DNA of 64,000 nucleotides from Veleropilina oligotropha (Eukaryota): NCBI GenBank assembly GCA_048128005.1, contig JBEUKZ010000060.1, positions 496,001 to 560,000 of the forward strand, read 5' to 3'. Shown piece by piece: positions 26,901 to 38,900 of this stretch (position 1 is its first letter; each line of letters starts with the position of its first letter). The notes under the pieces were generated by a model. It saw only the letters and a program-made list of their open reading frames with translations, ran no database searches and was not told where the DNA came from. The position numbers and the translations under genes were made by a program.

Positions 26901-29900
26901 GGTCAATTCATTCGGCAACTTGTTCACACTGACATTTTATGGGTAAAAAATTGCACCAGAACAATTCATCGAAATATCAGTCTACATATATATATATTAA
27001 CTTTCATATTTTCGTATCTAACACACCATAATACATTCAAATCTTAGTTATGACAGTATGGAGAACTGTATCAGATGGATGACAATAGAAACGTCTCTGT
27101 TAACATATGTTTTTATATGAAAATTGGCATAAAGTAATGTTAATTAAGTCATCTTTCAATTATTTCTGCGAAGTAGTGCGGTTTACTGTGTTATCATTTA
27201 ATAGTCGTTCATATTTCGTGGAGATTAGCAAACCTATACATTTTTTTAAAGCTTGTGACGTCAGGAGCCAGGAAACCAATGTTACCATTTGCCCACACAC
27301 GTGTCTGGTGGCCATATTGGATTTCAAAATGACCGTCGTCAAAAATCTATTTTTCGCAATATATCTAACTGTAATTAACATAGAGTGCTGAATTCGACGC
27401 CTATACCTACATTTGGGTGGCAAGAAATGTAATGGTACTATTTAAAATACATTGTATGCAGCGACCATATTGAATTTCTGCTAATCTAAATACCTGAGTA
27501 TGATTTCTTTTTCGATGGCCTCCTTCAGGTCGTATGGGGAATAGTTGAGGAAGCCGTGGACGAGGAGGATGACGCCATTGCTGCAACCGATGCCCTCATG
27601 CACAAACCACACCAGGCGGTCCTCGAAGCCGCCGTTCACATATGTATCTGGAGGTGGAATGAAAGGAAAGGCTCGATGCTGAATATCCTGTATATTTCCA
27701 ACCATTAGGATCAAAGCAGGTCATGTTCATATTATCGCGGGAGGAAAGCTCGGTCGTCCGGGGAAAATCGCCCTCTCTGGCCAGTTACGGACAACTGTGA
27801 TTCATAACTTGAACAAATAATGAGATGTCCCAACCGAGGTTCGAACCCACTACTGCTTGTGTCATTGGAATCAAGCCAGTGATTTCAGAGTCTGCAACCG
27901 AAACCACCGATTGTCGTAGCTGAAATTCAGCTGTATAACAATGCATTCATATTATAAATGTACAATAATACTGTAAAACCCTATTTGTTAGTGAGCCTTA
28001 AAATAATGCGAGGTCGCATTCGCAAAATATTCGCGAAATTAAATGGTCGCAAATTTTTAGTTGGACTGACTAAAAATGTGCATTGCATTAAAATTCGCTA
28101 AATTTAAAGGTGTTAAATTTTTGCTTCATTAAAGGTTTTAAATTAAGGCTTCATTTTTGAAATTCGCTAAATATTAAGACCGCCAAAATATAGAGTTTTA
28201 CAGTACTGTGTGTATATGACAACTTGTTTTGATTTGAATCAATTTTAATTGATGCTTCATGTCCCATTTATCACCTACCAGGACATATTATTGTGGAATG
28301 ATAGCCGAGTCTCACCGGCCAGTTATGGACAACTGTGACTGTTAACTGAACACAGTGCCAAGCCGAAAATGCAAACCCACTCCTGTTAGACAGAGCGGTC
28401 AAGCGAATTAAACCCCATTCTCTTATCCTGTTGACCTTCGATGCAGTTTTTCAAAATGTACAACTAGTATACTATGGTAAATTTGAAAAATGAGGTTTTA
28501 ATGTAAACCTAATATTAGTATAAAACATACTTACGTCCTTACTCTTGCCATAATAGTATATTATCGCCCAAACCGGAAATGGTGAATATGTCCCATAATG
28601 CACCGTTAATAAGCCAAAAAAGCACACGGTTACCTCCCCTGCTCCTACCCCCCACGTTCCCTAGCGAGACTTCGCCAAGTCTCGTGAGACTTCTGAACAA
28701 TAGAAGTCACATGACATCAATTCAAAGTTCAAAAACCACAAAGGAACGTAGTAGAGGGGAGGAATGCGAAACGCAGGGTGGGTAATCGTGTAAGGACGTA
28801 AGTATGTTTTATACTAATATTAGGTTTACATTAAAACCTCATATATAGTTACAAACATACTTACGTCCTTACTCTTGCCAGAATAACCTTGGATAGGTGG
28901 GTAAGACGTTCCTTACAACAAACCCAAACAAGATAATGACTTACTTTTCACCAATTCGATCAGCATGAAGCGTCGAGTGTGTCCGCCTAGAGTGGAATTT
29001 TTACTGAGTATTATATTCTACTCTTACCAGGCGAGAATTTCGACCAGTGTTACCGGGAGAATACGCCGTGGTGTTAGTCGGACGAGGTGAACGGAAGTGC
29101 AATCAGCCCCTGGCACGGCCGGAAGGATAAATCCCTGTAGGTCTTACGTGTCATGGACCAGTGGCAGCCAAATGGGACTCCGGGCCTATAGGCCGGTAGC
29201 CAGAGGATGCAGTCGGATTTGTAAGCACACGGAACCTAACAGGTTGTGAAAGCTTTAAAATCAAAAGCAAAGAATTAATAGATTATTATAATAATCGATA
29301 TTAATAAATAGTTCGCATGACCAACTTGCGAACGCTAACATGGACGACATGTCACTTAAAATAAATTTTAAGGAAGCAAAAATGTTCGACATGTTACTTA
29401 AAAATAAATGTTAAGGAATCAACATTTTAAAATGTATTGAACATCGTATGTTCGATTACAGCAAAGAACATAATAATATTGAACCCTAATCTTTTTAAGA
29501 TTTGTGCAAAATTATCAAAGTTGTTTTATTAAATTCAATGTAATCTGGCTGTCAACTGCTCAGGTCTGACATGAAAAGTACAAAATCTTAAATTAGATTT
29601 AAGAAATGAACAGACATTGAACTGCCTCATAGGTGTTAATTTTCGTAGCACCGTTTGGCCAACAAAAATAAAATGGCGTCAGTAAATATGCAAATGATCA
29701 ATCAGAGAACAATACTTACTGATTAGAAGACCTCGGTCTAACAATAACCCTTTGTGCAGCAACACAGTGTAAACTGCTTAGGCCATCAGCCCCGGTTGAG
29801 TAGTCGCGCAGATAATGTTTGACAAACACGTTAGCGTTTTTCCAATATCCGGCCTGTAGTAACGCATTGATATTTAAATTATGTCGGAAGGCTACAGACG

Positions 29901-32900
29901 CTGCAATAGCCCGGACCTCATGTGCGCGTACCGATAAAATAGTTCGGTCTTCGTTGTCACAGCGGATGTATACATCTCTCACTGTCTGTGAAATCCACCG
30001 CGAAACAGTAGTCCTCGTAATGTCGCGGGTGTAGGTGGGCAAATACGATATGAATAAACGTAATTTTCCCTGTCGCAACTCACGGGTTCTGTCTAGGTAG
30101 AACCGAAGCGCCCGGACCGGGCAATTGAAGCGGTCTGCGTCGCGCCTTCCGACTAGCGTTAGCTTGGGAATAACAACATCGGGTGCGTCCTCGTTCGGCC
30201 GCTGGTTCTTGGCTAAGAAGCCCAGAATGGGACGCAGTATCACCGACCCGTCTGACTGGAATCGTATGTCTCTTAGCTCGGAGGAGAAAGCATGAATCTC
30301 GGAACAACGCCTGCCCGACGCTAAGGCGATCAGAAAAACTGTTTTGTGCGTCAAGTTCCTCATGGTTATCTCGGACATCGGCTCATACGGGGGTAAGAGT
30401 AATGCGTTAAGAATAAGTACGATATTCCAGGCAGGTGGCTTAATTCTTCGGGTCGGTATCTCGAGTTCATAAGATCGTATAAAATCTGATATCGTTCGGT
30501 CGCTTGATAGGCCAGCATGGGCACGACACTGCTTTAGCGTGGTCGCGATCGTTGCCCGATAGCCTTTGACGGCGGACACTGACATACCGCGGTCGAAGAG
30601 CGACGATAAAAACTCGATAAACTTGTTCACAGGGGGACGGAGTATATTGATCTGCCTGCTGTGACACCAATCCACGTACTTAACCCATCGGTAGTCATAG
30701 ACTTTTGTAGTGGAAATCCTTCTCGATCGGTAGATACGTAAGGCTGTAGCTTTAGAAAATCCTTTCTTAGCAAGGGATCGTTCGATAACCGCCAGGCGTG
30801 TAAACGTAAGTGGTTCGGCGACTCGTGGAGTACACGGGTGCGTGGTTGCATTAACAGGTCTAGTTTCTGCGGTAACGCTAACGGTCGATCGACGATCAGA
30901 TCGAGGAGGGTCGGAAACCAAGGTTGCGTGCGATACAGGGGCGCTAGTAGCGTTATCTCGCAACGTTCGGTCGCTGCCTTCTGTAATACCAGTGATAGAA
31001 TGCACGTCGGGGGGAAGGCATACGCGGACAGATTCTCCCATGTCATTGACATTGCGTCGACCGCCAGGGCGGCCGGGTCTGGGTACGGGGAGACATACAG
31101 AGGTAGTCGGTAATTGAATTCTGTTGCAAACAAGTCGACTTGGGGTTGCGACCACCGGCGGCAAACCTCCCGAGCTACTCGGCTGTGTAGCGTCCATTCT
31201 GTGTGTATAATCTGTGATCTCCGAGAGAGCGAATCCGCTCTGACATTCAGCTTTCCCGGGATGTGTCGGGCTCGAATCGTCGAGTTGAGGGACATCACTA
31301 AGCGGTGTAGGTCTATTGCTCGGTCGCATAGGGGACGCGAGCGTGTACCGCCCTGGTGCTGTATGTAAGCGACGACAGTCGTGTTGTCCGTGGCGAGCAT
31401 TATATGCTTGTTGCGGAGATGTGACGAGAGGGACCGTACTGACAGGTAGACGGCTTCTAACTCTAGGAAGTTGATATGTCGTCCCTGAAGGTCTGTCGGC
31501 CATAGGCCTGATGTCTCGTAACTGTCGAGGTGACCACCCCAGCCGTCGTTCGAAGCGTCTGTGAACAGGTAAGCGTTCGGCTCTGGTGGGGATATAGGAA
31601 CCGACTGGTCCGGCAAAGCGGGGTTCAACCACACTGCTGTCGTGTCGGTAAACCAATGCCGTAGATCGATGCGATCCTTCCACTGCCCCGTCCGTTGTAT
31701 CCAGCGATCCCTGAAAGCCTGTTGTAACGGTCTTTTGTCCATGCGACCCGTCGGTAGCAGGGGCGCTACCGACTCGATGTGCCCCAGGACAGTGGCCAGT
31801 TGTCGCGCCGTAGTTATGTCCGATGACAGGGTGTCTTGGATAACCGCGCGTAGGTTCCGCATACGCTTCTGGGTCGGCTTCGCGGTGTACCGGACCGTAT
31901 CGAAGTCGACTCCGAGGAACGTAAACGTCGTCGAGGGCACGAAGCAGGATTTTGTCTCGTTGATCTGAAATCCCAGGCGCTTCGTCGATGACAGGGTAAA
32001 GCTCGTAGACCGGAGGCACAGATCTCGGGACGCCCCGAGGATCAGCCAGTCGTCGAGGTACATATGTACCCTGTGCCCTAGAGAGTGTAGGAAGGCCCCC
32101 AGGGCCTGTACTGTTCTCGTGAAGACGTACGGGGCTGACGATAGACCGAACGGTAGGCACCTGAATTGGTAGATCGTCTCCCCGTGTATAAACCGAAGGT
32201 ACTGATGAGCCGTGATATGCATCGGGACATGCAGATACGCGTCGGCGAGATCGATAGACGCTGCCCAGTCGCCCGGACGGATGGCCGCTCGAATCTTCGA
32301 GAGGGTTTCTTGCTGGAATTTCTCGGTACGAAGATATAGGTTTAGGTACGAGAGATCGAGGATCGGTCTCCAGCGGCCATCGGGTTTCGGGACCAGGAAG
32401 AAATGGCTGTAAAATCCTGGTGTGCTGGGCGGCGCGGGATATATCGCTCTTTTTAGGAGCAAATCCCGCACTGCCTGGTCTAAGACCGCTTGTTTCTCTC
32501 CGTTTAGGAGGCGAGCGTGTCTTGTTGGTGGTGCCTCGGTTAAGGTCGGATGCCGGTTGAATGCCAACTTGTATCCGGCACTCACGACTAAGTGGACCCA
32601 GTTGCTGTCTGTCAGCTCTAGCCAGGGCTGGCTGTGTGCTAACAGGCACGCTCCCACCGGCGGGAGCAGGCAACTGGGGCCGTCGCGAATGCCGGCAGCC
32701 CTAGGGCCGAGGCTTCCCTATCCCGCTCTGCTTGCGGGATTTCGCTGGAGGTGCTTGCCTCTTTGGAGTGGGTTTATTGGCCGGAGGCCTACCACCCGAA
32801 GAGGGCTTCGCACGCTTAGAAGGCTTCGGGGCCGGGGTGGGCCCGGAGCGCTTCTTCGAGTTGGCAGGTGGACCCCGGGTGGGGAGCAGTACTGCCTTCT

Positions 32901-35900
32901 CGATGGCACGGTCCTTAATGTCCGCCGCTCTCTTGTCAACAAACTCCGTGAAGTTGTCACCAAAGAGAGTGGTGGCCGAGCAAGGTACGCATCGCAACGA
33001 GCGCCGGGTGGGCTCGTCCAGCGGGGTACCTTCCAGGCAAGCATCCCTACGAAGTAGGAGGGCATTGCCCAGGACACGTCCCGTCTCCAACGCGCTGGTC
33101 TCCTGCGCGGCAGCAACCTCCTGGAGGAAGGACAGGGCAGCCTCGGTGGCGCCGGGTCCATTCTCCTGTAATACGGCTATCGCCCCGTCTAGGAAAAAAT
33201 CCTGAACGGACGATAGCCGCAGAGCCCGTCGGGCGGAGCTCTCGAAAGCTTCCAAGGCGGACCAAGGAACTTTCGCTACGGAGGGAGGGTGACTGGCGGT
33301 CAGTCGACGCAACGAAGCGTCAACACGAGCCGGCTCAGTCGCCAGGCACGGGCCAGTGCATTCGAACGGGATCGCTCGAGTACTGGCCCGGAGGTACCTC
33401 CCACTACGGAACCCCGAAGGGAACTCGTTCAGCGGGGAGGACTCCACCGGATTGCGCCCCTGAACGAGCTTGGTGATCGAGTCTACAACAAGATCCACCA
33501 GCCCGGACTGAGGTAAGGAGGGGAGCTCGGGGGCTTCCCTCGCAACAAACCGATGTGCTGCCGTCCTATGCTTGGCTACGTCTACAGCCGACCGAGTCGG
33601 TTCCGACAAGCCAAGCACCCCGCGAAGTGACGCAACAGCGTCGAGCCTTCGGCGGGTGGAGGAGGTCGGCTCCTGCGTGCCTGTAAGACTAATGTCTTCG
33701 GACCCGACCGATTCAGGGAGGTCGGTGTGATTTGAACAGAGATCCTCGTCGGAACGAGGGTCGATGTCTATCACTGAGGCAGGAGCCGTGCTCTGCGCCA
33801 TGGGCAGAAGTGTAGGTACCAGGTGCGGCTCGGGAGCCGTCGGCCAGGCCTTACACCGTTCCTCGATCCCCGCCGCGATCCATGCCTGGACGTTCTCAAA
33901 AGAGAAACCCGGAGGCAGGACGGGCGACGAACTAACAGCCGGTAGTTCTGTCGAGGTAACCGTGGCGCTAGGTAGACGGGCTGCACGGACAGGTGGTACC
34001 GAGGACCAGGGTCCACGGGCACTTGTCGAGGGGTCGAACCCGAAGGACTGGCCCGGAGGCGCAGTCAGTGGGCCGGACGACCGATAGGACTGCGGCAACA
34101 GTTCTGATCGGTCTACCACTCTGTTCGAGCGAGGCACGGACGGAAAACCGCCGTAGAACCCCGTCCCGAACGCAGCCGGTCTGTCCACGTTCTCTAGCGT
34201 GACCACGGTGGGTGCACGGGAGAGACCGGGCCCTCTGAATGTCTCGTGAGCTTCGAGGTTGAGCGGAAAACCCCTAGGGGAAGTCGCATCGTTCTCGACC
34301 GAGGATTCAGGTTTCGCCGATTGTCCGAGTCTTAGACCTACAAGTAGGTGCCCAGCCTCTTTAAAGGCTTTCTCTGCATTGGGTCTGTCACCGTAGGAAG
34401 ACGGTGAGTTTCCCGCAGAAGGACTAACTGTCCCCTTATTCTTCGAGGCCGAAGAAAAGGATGGGGATGGTCTGCCCTGTACAGCTGTTCGCTGCGCTGT
34501 CATGTATACCTTGCTAGCCGGCAAGGTATGGCTGACTGCAGCTACTAGGCCCGGTTTTGGAGGATCGGTCGACACTCGGGTCTTTACCTGAATCTTGGGT
34601 ACCGGCAAGGTTTCGGTGACTCTCCCAAGAGTCGCGGAGGTTTCGCCGGTGGATCCGGCGACAGACGTCCCCTTGTGTCGGCTGTCGGCCAGCGTCCCTG
34701 AAGCAGACAAAGAAGAAACGTTAGGTAACTTACCGGTCTCTTCCTGACCCTTCTCCGGGGGAGGACCCACCGTGGCAGTCGCCCTGGTCGACTTACCGTG
34801 GTGAGACAGGGTTGCCCACTGCTTATCTGATAGAAGAAAGCACAGATCACATTGATGATGTATACTACAGCTACTGAGTACAACATTCCTTGTGCCTATC
34901 AAATGCGTGAATTTTCTGGTTACACCCGGAGCTACTGCACCGGACCATAGCTAAATACACGGGAGGGTGGACGTGGGTAGACGGGGTAGATAAATAGGTA
35001 TATATATGGTAGTTGAGACTTCTTTCCTTGGAGGGAGTACTACGACAACTCACAGAATTGTCCTGATCTGAAGATTAGAGATCAAGCGATATACCGTTAT
35101 TAAAAACCCCGAACTGGGAACACCGAGGTCGGGTATTTTACCCGACCGACCCGGTAACCCGGCAAATTGACTAAAACAAAGGGGGGTTCTTTCCTCGAAA
35201 AAACCCGCCCAGAAAAACACCTGAAAACCTCGTGGATGTTTTAAGTTAGTACAATGGCGTATTATCCCAGCAACGGCAGGATATCAGAAAATTAACGCAA
35301 GCTTAATATCAAAAGATCCTGCCTTTTAACAACGCTAGAAAATTTTATATATAATAAATAACCAGCAAATAGCGTTGTTAAGGAATTATCCAATATAATG
35401 AGTTACCTGTTTTGCAGTCTCAAACAATATCAGATAATTATACAGACCAGAAATTTCAGCTACCACTCGAAACTTTCCCTCTAAGCGGCCATCTTTAATG
35501 GCCACTGGCGTCCTTGACGACGATGTCTGTTTCCTTTGATGTCCAGAACTTCCTCGAAGTTTTGAGAATCACTCTTCTTATATTCACATGTGTTTTATAT
35601 CCACAACACTGTTATATTCCACTACTTATATACTATATAAGTAGAAACTGCGCCCTGATTTAACGTGAAATCGGGCGCCTATATCGAAATATTTGCGGAG
35701 CAAAAACAACGTCTTTCCGCGGCAGCGGAAAACTTTGAATTGATGTCATGTGACTTCTATTGTTCAGAAGTCTCACGAGACTTGGCGAAGTCTCGCTAGG
35801 GAACGTGGGGGGTAGGAGCAGGGGAGGTAACCGTGTGCTTTTTTGGCTTATTAACGGTGCATTATGGGACATATTCACCATTTCCGGTTTGGGCGATAAT

Positions 35901-38900
35901 ATACTATTATGGCAAGAGTAAGGACGTAAGTATGTTTGTAACTATATCTTACTTTATGTGGCACATGTACAGGTATTCACAATAATCTGCATGTAATACA
36001 TTTCACTATTGTATCATTGTCTTTATTTTGTGGAGCGAGGAATGATGCTTAATGTCCTGTATATTTACAACATCGAGGTTCATGGCAGGACATGTCCGTG
36101 TTATCGCGGGAGGAAACCCCGGTCGCCCGGGTAAACCCGCCCTCTTCGGCCAGTCACGGACAACTGTGATTCATAACTTGAACAAATGTCAATGCCTCAG
36201 CCAGGAGCAGCAGGGGGGGTGAGTGTACTCTAATAGGGGCAGTTTTTCAGGCATAAAACCAGCAGCAGCAGGGGGGGGGGGTGAGTGTACTCTAATAGGG
36301 GCAGTTTTTCAGGCATAAAACCAGCAGCAGCAGGGGGGGTGACCATACCTTTTATGTGGGGGCGCGGCGAGGGAAATTAAGGCTCCCAGCACCCTTTCCA
36401 GACCCCAGGGTAGGGATTGTATTACAAAAAGTCACCGTGTGTACAAACTAGGGTAGCTTAGAATAGTAAATTAAATTAAAACACTTACCTGTGGACATTT
36501 CGGCCGAAACTCATATCACTAATCCCCCTCCAGCCTTCTACAGCCTTCTAGATCAGTTTATTGCCACATTCCCATATATAACTTCTGACGAGCTCTGTTC
36601 GTTCTAGGCTTTCCACGTACACATTCCCATATATAACTTGTTGACGATCTGTGATTATTCTAGAAACTCATTGCCACGTGACGAATGACTAGACAGGATT
36701 ACTGTCCACCATGTAAACACGGGGACCGATATATTCTTTCTGTGCCAAACGGAATCTTGGGGACAAGAAAAAGAAATCTGGGTCAATCTTTCTTGACTGA
36801 GCCAGAAAATTTTTATATCTGGGTCGACTCGGTACTGCGAGGTATTTCATTCAGAAATCGGACAATGGATCGACCTGAAGCGTATGCGATTCGCCTAATC
36901 CAACAATAACTTATTGATGCGAGGTATTTCATTCATAAATCGGACAGAGGTCGCTCTCGTCGACCTGAAAAATGTTTATATAACCAGCTGTGACATAGTG
37001 TAAGGCAAGAGATTTCACAAGCAGCTGTTTATATGAATATATAGTTACCGCTTGCTAGAGTACAATTACAGGGTGAGATGTGTCCGACTTTTCTCCACAT
37101 ACCGAAGCAGCCAGATAACATGGAGAAATAATGCCCACGTTTACCGTGACATAAGGACGGCTCAGCGCACTCAATACACACAACGATATTAGGATCTGGG
37201 CCACAATCGTTCTCTCCATCGGTAATGAAATAGTGACATGACGGTGCCCGCACTGGAGGTGGGTCTCGTAGCAAGTTTCTTCGCAAGTGATCGAATCGGG
37301 GGTTATACAGGGGGTCGTTGCGGTACCTAGCCCACGTGTGTTCGAGAATTAATGCAGTGTCACGCGACGACGCTTGGGTGGTACCCCACGCGGCAAAGCA
37401 CACCGCGGCAATACACAGTAGCATAGATTTCATGGATTTCATGGTTGTCCAGATACCACTGTCGATTTCTAGCTTTAATACGGGGGAGGAGCGGGGTAGT
37501 CGTGGCTACGCTCAACCTGGATAGTTAGTCGCCAGCTCCGATTTTTTTCAGCAGCTCTGCGCGACCCTCTTTACGACCACGCTCAATAAGCTCGCTTTGG
37601 GTCTGTGAAATCGCGGTGTGCGCCTTCCTACTCTTATCCCGGATTGATGCCTTCATGGCTTGGTATTTCTCCATCTCCCCTGTGACCAGTTGGAATTCAT
37701 CATCAGACATCACCCCGTCCGATAATGCCTTTGAGACGTGGTCGGTTATGGTATTCAGCTTGCTGTCGGCCAGGACTCGAATCTCGTCGTGTTTCTTAGC
37801 CTTCACCCCGAGGCGCCGGCTGATATACTTTCCACCCATACTAGCGAGCCCACACCCTAATGCCGCTAGTTCCAGCACTAGGACGACCGGGGCGGCTACA
37901 ATTGTGGACAGTAGACCAATTCCAGCGCTACCCATACCAAGTGTGGCGACGACTAGCCCGTTATCTATCCCGTCAACGACGTTAACACCTCGTCGGTACT
38001 TTTTATATAATGCAGCCCGTGTGTCCCTCTCTCGTTCTAATTGTCCCTGAAGCTCATTCACTTTCTGTAGTCGGAAAGACTGTGCCTCATGCAGTTCCGA
38101 AGGCACATCGCCACCAAGCTGTGGGTACAGCGTTGGCGCTGAGGGTTTGTTGTCCATCATACGTGGCTGTATTGTTCCGCCTGTTTGTTTAAAATGTCTA
38201 CTGTAACGTTCAAATACAGAGTGCCGACCCACGGGGCCTTGATGACAAAGGCGAGGGTTAACTTATCCGAATCCAGGCTGAGTTTACTTATGGAACATGC
38301 CTTGGGGCCCCCGGCCGGCTGGACCGGCGTCAGGTGGATCATTAGAAGGGCTGGGTTCAACCCGAACCGACCTCTAGTGTTTGGAAACATGAACTCCCTC
38401 CTCGCCAGCCCCTTATTGGGCGCTGCCCCACAATTAAGGACAAAGTGCCACCGGGTCGGGGGGGAAGAGGGCTCGTCTGCAAGCAGGGGTAGGGGGAGGG
38501 TCCCGTAGATGCTGCTCATTGTATCGCAAGGACTGCGGTAATGGGCATGCCGTGATTGTCGATCGGGTTACTGTCTGCGTCTGTGACGTACACCTTCAAC
38601 TCTGTGATTAGCCCGGCCTGTAGTCGCCGGCCGGCGGGATAGCTATGATAGTGGCCAGCTTCACCGAACATCTGCGACGTGATAGGGACCACCGCGAGAA
38701 TAGTGCTCGGGGCGCCGTCCTTCACATTGTGCGTTGTACTAAGCTGCTCCAGGTGGACGTGCAGGGTTGGCGCTATGGCAAACCCGACAGGCGTATTCCC
38801 GTCATAAGTCCCAGGGCGTAGCCACTCGGATCTCTCCGGAGGGGGAGGTGGTTGGCCCTGTACTCCCCGAACCGGTTGGTTCAGATTCCCTGCTTTATCG

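Larger units (their letters stand above)
28490..35947 (-). mobile_element. Full-length DIRS1-type tyrosine-recombinase retrotransposon
   Basis: 207-bp inverted terminal repeats (28523-28729 / 35731-35937). Internal complementary region 28790-28880 matches both outer ends. gag, RT-RNaseH-MT and YR ORFs. GC-rich relative to the host. Confidence 0.97.

Noticed and set aside
28579..28785. Twin ORFs MVNMSHNAPL... here and at 35660-35881
   Set aside because: They reflect the DIRS inverted terminal repeats.
30838..34202. + strand ORFs inside the DIRS
   Set aside because: Antisense shadows of gag, pol and YR.
38185..38508. + strand 107-aa ORF
   Set aside because: The opposite-strand ORF 38157-38519 fits better, with exact ATGA coupling on both sides.
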